A stretch of DNA of 64,000 nucleotides from Nitrospirales bacterium (GTDB taxonomy: Bacteria > Nitrospirota > Nitrospiria > Nitrospirales > UBA8639): NCBI GenBank assembly GCA_963555755.3, contig OY820905.2, positions 1,440,001 through 1,504,000 of the forward strand, given 5' to 3'. Below the pieces are notes generated by a model. That model was not told the DNA's origin, made no database searches, and saw nothing but the letters and a program-made list of their open reading frames with translations. Within the stretch, counting starts at the first letter, position 1. Each line of letters starts with the position of its first letter. Position numbers and translations under genes: made by a program. Below, piece after piece: positions 43,158 to 52,927 of this stretch.

Positions 43158-45430
43158 GGTCCCTTGTGAAGAATCCTGATTTTACGCTGGCGCGAGATTT
43201 TTCAGACCGTCAAGCGGATAGAGGATTTTGAACAAAAGAACCTTCAGCCACTGTGCGATGCGTCTGAAGTTGTAACCGGCGGCGGCGAGGACGGCGTTGA
43301 TGCGGTCGCCTTCACGGGCCTTGAGGTAATTTCTGTCCATTCGGTGTTCCTGTTTGAGATGGCCGACATAGCCTTTGTCCACATAGGCGCGTTCCGGTTC
43401 GACGCCGATCCAGTTGGTGAGTTCCTCGATGACTGTTCTCAATGTGTGGCCGTCATAAGGGTTCCCATGCAGCGCCTTGGCGTGGAGCACGAACATGCCG
43501 CCGGGGACCTTTGCGTTGGTCGTTGTAATCGAGACCTTGCAGCCGAACTCATAAGGTTTGTGGGCCTTGCCTTTGCCGATGCATTCGGTTTCTGGCGCGT
43601 GCAGGGAATAAAGCTTGGGGCCTTCCTGGCGCCTCTTCTGAAGCCTGAGACGCACGGCCATGGCGAGTTCGCCGGTGAAGGCCGCTTCGCGTTCTTCGTT
43701 CCCCTCAATCTTGCGGCGAATGTCGCGAATGATCCGGCCCAGCCGCACGGCTAGGAACTTCACCTGTTTGCGATGACGCTTGAACTGTTTGGCGTGAGCG
43801 TAACGCTGAGCCTTGATCAAGGCCAGCTTGCCAACGCGCACATAGCTTTGCCGGAGTTTGACGCCGTGACGCCTGGCTAAAGCCCCCAAACGGATGATCG
43901 ATGTGTAAAGCAGTTTCGCATCCGTCGGGAAAGCAATGTTTTTGGGCTGGACCGTCGTATCGACGGTGACGCGTTTAACTGTGAGATTTCCTCGTGTTGT
44001 TTACAGTTTAAAGAAAAATGTTCGTAACTTTTCGTACGGCGTGATGTTGTCGATTCCCGCATGCGGTTTGACCGTATTATAGAAATTGACGAATCGGGCA
44101 AGGCCGAGTCTCCGGTCTTGCCTGGAAGGAAAAATCGTGGCGGCATGCCACATCTCCAGAAGCGTTTTGAGCACCCGCTCCGCCTTGCCATTGGTCTGGG
44201 GGCGCCGGACCCGGGTAAATTTCTGCCCCGTGCCGTTGGCCTTGCACCTGGCCACGAACGCATGATCCGGGGTGCCTTTATATTCCGTGCCATTATCCGA
44301 ATAGGCACATTCGATCGTGTAGGGGCATTCCTCGAGCACTTGCTCCAGGAACGCCGCCGCAGACGTTTGCGTTTTGTCGGGTAGGATCGCCGCGTACAGC
44401 TCTCGTGAGAAATCGTCACTGGCCACGAACAGATGCTCCCGCGGGAGGGTCTTCTTCTCGCCTGCGAGCCACGGTAAGCGTTTGGTGTCAAAGTGGAGCA
44501 TCTCCCCGGGATAGCTTTTGTTGTAGCGCCGAGCGGCAAGTTTTAGCTTGCGCTCAAGAGCCTGCTCCACCTTGGCCAGGCGTTTCATCCCGTACTGTGC
44601 CTGCAAAAAGCGCGTGTTGGGGGATGGTCGAGGCGCAAACTCCTGTTTTCGCGCCCGGTCGATCACCTTGTAAATGGTCGGCCGAGAGACGCGGAATTGC
44701 TGCGCGAGCGCTACAACCGTCCACTGCCTCGTGCCATACCGTTGCCAGATCTCTTGTCGATCAAGCGGCGTTAACCGGGTTCTTTTGTGTATTGTCATGT
44801 CTACATCCTCGCAAAAAGATGTAAACAACGCTAGAAAAAATCACAGTTTAACGTCTTTCACCCGCAATGCGCCGGTGCGATGAGCCGTGCTGAGACTTTC
44901 CTTGATCAGTTCGGCGAGCTTTTCCTCGCCCAGCCTTTGACGCCAGCGCGTCATCGACGAGCGATCAAACGGCGCCTCGTGCTGAAAGAAAATCTCGCCG
45001 CAAAAATGTTGGTAATACGGGTTCTCCACCCAGCGTTCGCTGACTTCCGGATCCGATAATCCGTACATGTATTTGAGGATATTGAGGCCAACCATCAAAC
45101 GGGTCGGCAGGGCGGGCCGGCCCTTCGTATAGACCGCGCCGAAGGCCTCATCGAAGCGCGACCAGTCGATCGCTTCGGCCAGCCGCACCAGCTCATGGCG
45201 CGGGTTTATGATGTTCAAAAGGCGATGACGGAACAGGTCTTCAGCGTCGTCGTCGAACCGTTCTTTCGGCTTCATCGGATCATTCCCTTGAGGCGAAAAT
45301 CAACGCCAGAAGGGAATCACAATTTGCAAGATATTGCACCAAAAACCCCCGAAAACTTGCAAAACCGAAACCTTCGAAAGACCCAAACCCCATGAAAAAT
45401 CAAACGCCTACGCTTTGATCACAAAGGACT
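43158..45430 (-). mobile_element. IS5-family element disrupted by a nested IS481
   Basis: Imperfect TIRs GGTCCCTTGTGA / TCACAAAGGACT with AACT duplication; transposase halves 44841..45275 and 43182..43979 rejoin in frame (VKDVK-RVTVDTTV) when IS481 is removed. Confidence 0.9.
43980..44845 (-). mobile_element. Complete IS481-family element; transposase ORF 44001..44828
   Basis: TGT...ACA ends, ~26-bp imperfect TIRs, GTTTAAC duplication; PGEMLHFDTK, DDFSR, SDNGTEY and PQTNGKAER. Confidence 0.95.
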
Positions 45431-45509
45431 AACTGAGCCAGTTGTGGTATGAATATCTCAGTCATCAGGAGATGATGTAATGACCCGGAAGCGGTTTTCA
45501 GAGACGGAG

Positions 45510-46445
45510 CTATATCGGGTAGATCCGTTCATCAAGACAAACCCCAAAATCCCGTACTAATTGCCGGTTGCTTTCGACGTAGAGACCTTCCAAGGCGCGG
45601 CGTGCATCGGCACTGAGCCCCACATCGCTTCCCTTCCTTCGCTCACTGTACCTAGCTATGAATTGCATCCCGTATTGGAGCCGTTGCGGAATCAAGGTGC
45701 GTATTCGATTCACAAAAGGAGAGCCTTTCCTAAAAAGGAGCGTGCTTTCGCTTACGAAGCGCGAACCGAAGGTGACGTTCTCAAACGGGCGTCCCGCCAT
45801 CAGGTCAATGCCAGTCTTCTTGTCCACGCCCAGCAAGCCGCAGATCCCCTCCACGAAACGCCCTTGATCCTCAACGAGGTCCTCATACTGAAAAATTTTC
45901 AAATTTTCCGCTCCGAAGACCGTTGAATATTCCTTTGCGACATTCCAGAAATCCATTTTACCGAATGAGGCATGGCGACCATCGGATACCAAAGCTGCGT
46001 TCTCCAGGACCCATTCGCCGATGGAAGCAAATTCCTGATAGAGTTTTTTCTTGAAGAAATGGCTGGTAGCAAGGGTGTACTGTCTTCTTATGACATAAAT
46101 TACGGTCGCATCGCCGAGCAATTCTCGAACCCGTCTCGCCTGCACGCCAATCGGCCCAAACTCCGGGGACGAAAATGACTCCAAGGAAAATAAAACGGGC
46201 AGCTCGACATCGCCTGGCAGGATTTCTTGAAGCTTTGTTCTAGCCTTTTTTTCGGAATACTCGTCAACATTGGTAAAGGACACATACTTACAAAAATCAT
46301 ACGCGGCCTCGGGCCCCGCCTTTCCGAGATAAAACAGACCCGGATGACGCGCAAACAGCTGCATTTGTAATGACGTGCTCGCGGTTCGAGAAGCGCCAAT
46401 ATGCAAATAAATTCTACTCATCAAGATAGTTCCTCTTACTCTCAA
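45510..46445 (-). CDS. Sulfotransferase-like P-loop protein
   Basis: IYLHIGASRTASTSLQ, LFSLESF, YVIRRQ and FQYEDL. Confidence 0.7.
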   Translation of the reverse strand: MRVRGTILMSRIYLHIGASRTASTSLQMQLFARHPGLFYLGKAGPEAAYDFCKYVSFTNVDEYSEKKARTKLQEILPGDVELPVLFSLESFSSPEFGPIGVQARRVRELLGDATVIYVIRRQYTLATSHFFKKKLYQEFASIGEWVLENAALVSDGRHASFGKMDFWNVAKEYSTVFGAENLKIFQYEDLVEDQGRFVEGICGLLGVDKKTGIDLMAGRPFENVTFGSRFVSESTLLFRKGSPFVNRIRTLIPQRLQYGMQFIARYSERRKGSDVGLSADARRALEGLYVESNRQLVRDFGVCLDERIYPI

Positions 46446-46514
46446 TTTTGGTGGTGGGCTAGGAGTTCCTCCAGGTCAATATCATGGGAAGTTGCTCTAT
46501 GCACGCCAATCGGG

Positions 46515-46656
46515 GAATAGGAATTTTAAAAGGCCTGTTTGACTAGACGGTAAAGTACCAAAGAACGGGGTGAAGGGTCAATCCGAGAATAGGAAAATTA
46601 AAAGGCCTTTTTAACTGGGCAGGAAAGTATCAAAGCAGGCACTGGAGGGTCAATCC
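46515..46656 (-). promoter_or_regulatory. Two diverged ~72-bp tandem units, each with a promoter-like TTGACC-18-TACTTT and extended -10 TG
   Basis: Minus strand TTGACCCTCCAGTGCCTGCTTTGATACTTT and TTGACCCTTCACCCCGTTCTTTGGTACTTT, upstream of the sulfotransferase-like gene. Confidence 0.6.
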
Positions 46657-46684
46657 GCCCAATCAGGGCTTCGATGAGAACCTG

Positions 46685-46855
46685 TCAATTACACCAATCC
46701 TTCGTCTTCGTCCCCCCATCATAAGAAACCGCGAACTGTCGTTCAATCAGTAACTCTGAAATATCCACCCAATCGGCTTTGAGCCTCCCCACAATCCTGA
46801 AATATTTCCCTCGGACTTCTTTGGGATTATCGTCAATATGGTATGGCGTGGTCAT
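46685..46855 (-). pseudogene. C-terminal fragment of a thermonuclease (SNase)-family protein
   Basis: 56-aa ORF missing from the track: MTTPYHIDDNPKEVRGKYFRIVGRLKADWVDISELLIERQFAVSYDGGTKTKDWCN; GKYFR...LLI...AV.YDGG pattern. Confidence 0.6.
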
Positions 46856-47490
46856 CCTCTAAACTTACGGCCAAAGATTCGGCGGCACACCCAGACGGGC
46901 AACGCTAAGTGCAGGCGTGGAACTGACCCATCAGATTTCCACTGTGCTTCAGCGGCCAAGCTGAAATTCGAGGCGATGCCAACTAGATCCCCCGAATCAT
47001 TGATAATTGGGCCTCCAGACGTGCCACCCTCGATTTGCTCGTCAGTTTCTACCCAGAGTGTTTTATCGTCTTCGCGGCATAGCGTTGCACTCCCAGTCAC
47101 CCATGTCCCTTTATGGGTGTAGATGTGAACTTGGAACTTCTGAAATAGCACATAGTCCTCTCTTCGACACAACGGCACCGGTTTCGTATCTTCGCAGAAC
47201 TTCTCAAAATCATCTGCTTCCTTGGAAAACTCTTGTTTATCCAGTGAACCCAGAACGGCTATATCGCTGACAGGTTCCACAGCCAGCGGGCTAACCTTCA
47301 ACTCTCTCTCGCCAGTCTTGATTTTCTCAATAAAGTAATCACCTAACACCATACCGCCTTCGCATTCATAGTTAATACAATGGGCAGCCGTAAGAATCAG
47401 GTTGCTGCTGACTAAAACCCCCTGTCCGCCCTTTCTTAAAAGAGTCACTGTTGCCTTTGCAACGTCGGTGTACATGCTTTCTCGTAGCAT
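46852..47490 (-). CDS. Stand-alone trypsin-like serine protease without signal peptide
   Basis: Complete triad in LTAAHC, DIAVL and GTSGGP. Confidence 0.88.
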   Translation of the reverse strand: MLRESMYTDVAKATVTLLRKGGQGVLVSSNLILTAAHCINYECEGGMVLGDYFIEKIKTGERELKVSPLAVEPVSDIAVLGSLDKQEFSKEADDFEKFCEDTKPVPLCRREDYVLFQKFQVHIYTHKGTWVTGSATLCREDDKTLWVETDEQIEGGTSGGPIINDSGDLVGIASNFSLAAEAQWKSDGSVPRLHLALPVWVCRRIFGRKFRG

Positions 47491-47752
47491 CTCTGTTTCG
47501 CCTTTATAAAACAGTTGCAGCGGTCGTTGGGTTTTGTTTGCCGCCGCCTAACTAGAAATAGGCTGCCCAAATGCCATATCCATTGACGGCATGAAGTTCA
47601 TGAAGGTTCAGCAATCATTCACTCACACCAATCTTTCGTTTCAGTGCAGCCACTTCCCACATGTTGGCAATGGTGAGTTCTTCGAGGGTGACAAGGTCTG
47701 AGTTGGGATCGAGGGGGGAGGCCATCCTTGTCTCCTGAATTCCACCCGATGG

Positions 47753-48640
47753 TTAGAACGGTCCAGTTGCCACATCCCCCTCAATACCCCCGAACAGGTG
47801 AGGCATTCCAACGGCGTTTTCCTCGAAGAGCGCAAGCCCCTCAAGCCCCGGATACACCGTGGACCGACTAATGTTCATTTGATGAAGCTCTCTGAAGCAC
47901 TGCTTCAAGCTATCCGTGCTCAAGGTTATTGTATAGACCCTTAGATGTAGATCGAGTGTAGGTTTTGGGGCGATTGCCTCGAAGTTCTTCATCAGAGATT
48001 TCGTTACGTCCAAGGGCAGGACGAACGCGCCTTGCTGCACAGCAAGACGGTCATTCAGGCGGAAAGGACTCATGATCCAGACACCGGGCGTTCTTTTCAT
48101 TTCGAAAAGGGCCTTACTCTCCTCAGGAGAATTTGACCCGTGCTCCTTGATTGCGTTTTTCAGATTGGAGTTCTTCTCTTTAACCTGTTCTACCATCCAC
48201 CGTGCGTCGAGGGCCCAGACTTCGCAGATATCCCTGTCATCTTTGGCTCTCTCAAGTGCGAAATGCAGAGCAAGCCAGAAAGAGTAAGTCCAATCTTGGA
48301 GGCGTGCTGGGCCACCATAATGACGAAGCAGGGCAAGCCATTCCATCTTGTTCTCGTTAGGCGGTACCTGCGCAGTGACAAGGTGGCAACGGCGCATGAA
48401 GTCTCGGAGTAGCCGATACTCAAGCGTACGGGCCTCTTTGAAGGGGAACCCAAACCTCTCCATCGCCCTTTCCAGACTGGTCTTCAGTGAAGGGCCTTCT
48501 TCTTTTTCGTTTTCCTCAGTCTTCTTTCGGCTTAACTGTCCGCGAAAGAGCCAGCCGTCCCAGAGGTCTCCGTTTTCCCCGTACAACTTGCATAGTTTGT
48601 CCCAAGACTGGAGTGGCTCGCCAATAGGAGGGATAGTCAT
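47753..48640 (-). CDS. FRG-domain protein
   Basis: WLFRGQ, LRHYGGPARLQDWTYS..ALHFA, RLAVQQGAF and VYPGLEG; GGAGG 6 nt before ATG 48640. Confidence 0.9.
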   Translation of the reverse strand: MTIPPIGEPLQSWDKLCKLYGENGDLWDGWLFRGQLSRKKTEENEKEEGPSLKTSLERAMERFGFPFKEARTLEYRLLRDFMRRCHLVTAQVPPNENKMEWLALLRHYGGPARLQDWTYSFWLALHFALERAKDDRDICEVWALDARWMVEQVKEKNSNLKNAIKEHGSNSPEESKALFEMKRTPGVWIMSPFRLNDRLAVQQGAFVLPLDVTKSLMKNFEAIAPKPTLDLHLRVYTITLSTDSLKQCFRELHQMNISRSTVYPGLEGLALFEENAVGMPHLFGGIEGDVATGPF

Positions 48641-48672
48641 CAACGACCTCCGTCTGGGTAAGTCTTGACCGG

Positions 48673-48701
48673 AGCGTAGGCGGTTGCCCGGAGCCTGTCA
48701 A
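48673..48701 (-). promoter_or_regulatory. Sigma70-type promoter for the FRG gene
   Basis: Minus strand TTGACA, 17 bp, TACGCT. Confidence 0.65.
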
Positions 48702-49158
48702 CGGAGAATGGGTCTCTCCACGGACATTGGTCCCTGCCTCAGCGGAAACGATGGCGACACGATGCCTGACCCTGAAAGGGTAGCGACTGATCACCCCATC
48801 AGGCGAGGTCGTCCTCCAACTCAAAACGCCGTCCCGAAAATCGATAGTGGGGATGATACTACGTAAAAATACCTACTATTCCATTTCAAAAAAATAGCAC
48901 GTGTGCGATGAGGGGTCCGGCCATTGGCACCCCAACGGAACAATTGTGGGATCGACTTTTTGCGGGAGTGATTTTCGTGGGTTACGTGATCGAAAAACGG
49001 ACGTGCGATCAGGTGTTACATAGGTGTTAGAAGTACAGACAAACGGGTGGGATTAGAGGCAGAGAGAGGCAAAGTCAGGCAAAGAGGCAATCTGCGACCA
49101 GGCAGGCTGTGAGAGGGAATTGCCCGTCTTTACTAGCGTTGAGCAATTCCCCCTCATC

Positions 49159-49263
49159 TTATTCCTCATAATCCGGCCCTAAGTTTTTCTGGATCCCTGC
49201 AATGGCCCAGGCTTCCAGCTCGAGGACGCCTCTGATTTCTGTAAACACATTGATATCACTCAC
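49159..49263 (-). pseudogene. kdsD: Truncated 5' copy of kdsD (34 codons)
   Basis: VSDINVFTEIRGVLELEAWAIAGIQKNLGPDYEE* against VSKINVLSEIRRVFELEARTIAGLQKHLGPDYEE in the intact gene; AGGAG upstream. Confidence 0.9.
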
Positions 49264-49502
49264 AGTATTGACTTTCTCCTAAGGGAAAAACTCCGGTTCA
49301 CCGTTAGATCCTCGAAATCTACAAAGTGGTAGGATTGCACTATCTTCACCAGTCGGAGTCAATCCAACACCAAAACGATTCGACCAGCACCTGGTCGTAT
49401 CACCTGCCGGCTATTCAACCCACGCTCAAAATTCGTATAATCCGCCTCCCGACATTCATCATTCTTAACCCAAATCCTAACAGGACCTGAAGGCCGCACA
49501 TT

Positions 49503-50219
49503 CTGAAACCTATTACAAAAAAAGTTATTATCCACGTCTTTACGCAACTCGACTACCCGGCACTCGGAAAAATATATTGCGACGAGGGTGGGGACGCATT
49601 TTGGAAAGACCGTAAAGGTTCTTGCCAAATATTGGGAATGCGAATAGCCTCACAGCTTAAAAACCGCCTTACAGAAAAAGGACGTAGCCTATACGTGGGA
49701 GCGGGTGTGGCGGAATTGCCGATGCTTGTTGTGGAAACAACCGAACTTGACCGATCAGTCACAGCCCATAATCTGCGAAAAGACGAAGCCGCTATTCTTA
49801 ACAAGGCATGCGCCGACTTACCGTTTGAAATTCAGGCCAGTAACGCTTCGCGGGCTCGAGGTCGCTTTAATCATATATGGCTTGTGAGCGTCCTCAATGA
49901 CCCAGAATGCTACCCCGAAACCTCCGCCCTCTCCTATGGGCATGCCACCCCTGTAAATTTTGATGCCAACACATTTAAAAAAGAGCGGCGCACACTCATT
50001 CGGCTCATCAACTCCTGTCTCAGCAAACTCACCCTTCCCGGGCTCGTCTCCACCACGGTTGAAGAAATTCCCTGGATCACGGCATGGTGCTTAGAAAGGG
50101 ACATTCCCTTTCACATAGAAGATAAGACATATCCCACAGCCATTGTTGGAGACCCTTTATGTTTCATTCACCTTGGGAAAAAATCACCACATAAACACAG
50201 AAAGCCCAAAAGAACATGA
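49503..50219 (+). CDS. Hypothetical protein (possible methyltransferase-like fold)
   Basis: ORF track starts at 49632, but the frame stays open upstream through FTQLDYPALGKIYCDEGGDAFW to a CTG at 49503; contains LYVGAGVAE. Confidence 0.6.
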   Translation: MKPITKKVIIHVFTQLDYPALGKIYCDEGGDAFWKDRKGSCQILGMRIASQLKNRLTEKGRSLYVGAGVAELPMLVVETTELDRSVTAHNLRKDEAAILNKACADLPFEIQASNASRARGRFNHIWLVSVLNDPECYPETSALSYGHATPVNFDANTFKKERRTLIRLINSCLSKLTLPGLVSTTVEEIPWITAWCLERDIPFHIEDKTYPTAIVGDPLCFIHLGKKSPHKHRKPKRT

Positions 50220-50259
50220 ACGTCTCGTTTTCCCTCTGCGACAAAGGGGACTGGAACTA

Positions 50260-51231
50260 GTGGCTTCCTTAGGCCTTGGACTCATCGGACTCGGTCGGCA
50301 CGGCCAGCGCTATGCCCGGCATCTACTGGAAGGCATTCCCCATTGCCAGCTGGTGGCTGTATGCCGACGAGATGCAGCCAAAGGCCAGACATTTTCGACA
50401 CAACATGGACTTCGATTCTACCGAGACTACCACCACCTTATTGCCGATCCACAGATTCAGGCCCTTCTCGTGGTCACCCCACCAACCGAAGCCATCCCCA
50501 TTGCCCTCGAAGCCATTCGCCAAAACAAGCCGCTTCTCATCGAAAAGCCCATGGGGTGTACAGCACTCGACGCGCACCACCTGCTCAAAGAGTCAATGCA
50601 AACCAAGACCCCCCTCATGGTAGCTCATACGCTTCGTTACGAGGACACCATCATACAGCTGAAAAACCACGGAGGGGAAATAGGAAAATGGTAGTACCTC
50701 GTCCTGACCAACCGATTAGAGTCACCCTCCGATCACAAATCACTATACTCATTACATCGCCAAGGCGCCCTTCTAGAAATCGGCATTCACCAGCTGGACA
50801 TGGTGCGTTTTCTCACCGGGCAAGAGGTCAGGCAGGTCAATTGCGAAATGGAGCGACCTCACCCACAGGACCCGGATGTCCGAGCTTGGGTGAGCCTTAA
50901 AACCGAATCCGGCCTACCTTGTCTTTTGGATATCTCTCGACTGAACAACACAAGACTCACTCGGGCAGAAATCATTGGAGAAACAGGACAACTCATTGCC
51001 GACTGGACCTCGCATTCCTTAATACTCCTCAAAGAAAATGGCTCCACGACTTCCATTCCACTCACAACAAAACCAGCGATTCCTCAAATCATCTCAGACT
51101 TTGTTCGCGCGATCCAATCCGGCGCTCCTATGCCCATCACCGGACTCGATGGCCTACGAGCACTCGAGATGGCAGATGCCTGTTACGAATCAGCCAAAAC
51201 CCGGAACGTTGTCATGCTCAAGAAACACTAA
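50260..51231 (+). pseudogene. Gfo/Idh/MocA oxidoreductase with one in-frame TAG at 50692
   Basis: LIGLGRHG and LIEKP before the stop; GALLEIGIHQLD and ITGLDG continue in the same frame after it. Confidence 0.85.
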
Positions 51232-51242
51232 ATCTGCCCAAA

Positions 51243-51403
51243 AAAGCCGAAAATCGAATATCGAAATCCGAAAAAATTTCAAATGACCAAATCATAAACA
51301 ACAAAAACGCCGGGAGACAGAATAAGTCGGAATGATTTGGTTGAGACATTCGAGTTTGGGATTTTGGATTTGTTTCGGATTTCGATATTCGAATTTCGGA
51401 TTT
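51243..51403. repeat. Inverted pair of heptamer-based arrays (TCGAATA/TCGAAAT/CCGAAA type) between convergent genes
   Basis: CGAATATCGAAATCCGAAA ... TTTCGGATTTCGATATTCG; a lone half-copy is at 63421..63476. Confidence 0.8.
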
Positions 51404-51439
51404 ATGCCACAGACCAAATCACAACTCCGTTCAATTTAT

Positions 51440-52927
51440 TTATTCTGTTCGGCTAGCCTCGCCCCCTGGCATGCTGCGACGCTGACGAGCAAAGATAGCA
51501 TGCAGGTCTTGATTTTGACTCACAAAGCGTTGGCGGGCTTCGAGAAAGATTTCTTCAATCAAGGCCCAATCCACCTGGCTTAGATGGTACGAATCAAAAG
51601 CCGTCTCAATACGTGGATTCTCCCACATCGATTGCTGCATGGAATACTCCACCATGGCTTCTAAGGATTCAGACGTCCAACCTTTCTCATAAAACGAATC
51701 GCGAACTGTTGCCCCCTGCATCCCCCACCGCGCAACTAGGGCTGAAGAAAAATATTCGTAAACCGCTGGTTCCTGGCTCTTCATAAAAACCGATTGAAAT
51801 TGAATGAGGGATCGAATCAATTGATTGGCACGCGGGTCGGCCTCGGGCGGCAAAACCCCTGCTTCATCAAACGTTCCAAGAATAGCCATCACGGCACCCA
51901 CATACCGCGCAGGTGCCCGAGAAGTTTTCACAGGCTTGGCTGAAACCGGAGGGACATAAATCTCATTGAGATTGCTGAAAGACCCCCCCGGTGTAGGACC
52001 ACCACTGATCACATAGACATATCCGTCGATTACAGCCGCCCCAAGCCCATGACGTGCGGTCGGCATTGGAGCCATGACTTCCCAACGATTCAATCGAGGG
52101 GAGTACCGTTCATTTGCGTCAAAGGTCCCTTCACCGGATTCCCCTCCAAAAACATAAATCCACTCATGAATCACACCTGCCGTTATCCCGCTTCGCGCAG
52201 TGGGCATACCGGGGCGTGACTTCCATTGGTTCACAACCGGATCATACACCTCCACCGTTCCCAAATTATGGTGATAATCCAGTTTGACCCGGCCACCAAT
52301 GGCGTAAATCCGATCTTCAACTGTCACCGCTGTTAAATGATCTCGAGGAGTAGGAAGGGAGGCAACCGAGGCCCAGGCATCCATCTGTGGATCGTACACT
52401 TCCACTGCATCAGGATTGAGTGTTCCATCATAGCCACTCATCGCATACAGTTTTCCCTGGAGCACTGCCACGGCTAACCCACCACGTGCAGTAGACAATG
52501 ATGCTCTCTCTTCCCATTGACTGGTTTTGGGAGAGTATCGGAACACGCGTTTGGATGGATTCCAAATAGACATTCCGGACTTGATAAAACCTCCGACAAT
52601 ATATACATGTCCCTCTAAGGCAGCAGCTCCCGCATGATGCAGCCCAATAGGCAATGAGGCTTTGGGCGTCCATCGGTTTGTCGCAGGGTTATACGCTTCG
52701 ACGGTTTGACTCACAGCAAACCGAAAAAGATTCCACACATTTGGTTTCTCAAACCCACCTGCAACATAGATCAGACCATCCAACGCCGCCACGGTCACTT
52801 CCGTTCGTTCAGTTGGAGCAGGAGTTCCCGTCACCCAGTGGCCCTGTTCGGAGGCCGCCATGAGTTGTCCAACGGGACACGTAAAAAACAGGACAATGCC
52901 AATCACCCAAAAACACACGGTTCTCAT
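51440..52927 (-). CDS. Exported Kelch-repeat protein with an extra C-terminal domain
   Basis: Signal-peptide-like N-terminus; six Kelch repeats (IYV.GG...E.Y.P...W); ~160-aa unrelated C-terminus. Confidence 0.85.
   Translation of the reverse strand: MRTVCFWVIGIVLFFTCPVGQLMAASEQGHWVTGTPAPTERTEVTVAALDGLIYVAGGFEKPNVWNLFRFAVSQTVEAYNPATNRWTPKASLPIGLHHAGAAALEGHVYIVGGFIKSGMSIWNPSKRVFRYSPKTSQWEERASLSTARGGLAVAVLQGKLYAMSGYDGTLNPDAVEVYDPQMDAWASVASLPTPRDHLTAVTVEDRIYAIGGRVKLDYHHNLGTVEVYDPVVNQWKSRPGMPTARSGITAGVIHEWIYVFGGESGEGTFDANERYSPRLNRWEVMAPMPTARHGLGAAVIDGYVYVISGGPTPGGSFSNLNEIYVPPVSAKPVKTSRAPARYVGAVMAILGTFDEAGVLPPEADPRANQLIRSLIQFQSVFMKSQEPAVYEYFSSALVARWGMQGATVRDSFYEKGWTSESLEAMVEYSMQQSMWENPRIETAFDSYHLSQVDWALIEEIFLEARQRFVSQNQDLHAIFARQRRSMPGGEASRTE

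Noticed and set aside
48644..48813. Retron msr-msd, hammerhead or HDV-like ribozyme
   Set aside because: No reverse transcriptase nearby; a short TGGTCCCTGCCTC resemblance to HDV lacks the required pairings; no complete hammerhead core.
49162..49240. tRNA-Met gene at CTCATAA
   Set aside because: No T-arm GTTCRA or acceptor stem; the sequence is antisense kdsD coding DNA.
36580..49439. kdsD duplicate as a DGR TR/VR pair
   Set aside because: Differences involve all four bases and often fall at third codon positions; no reverse transcriptase.
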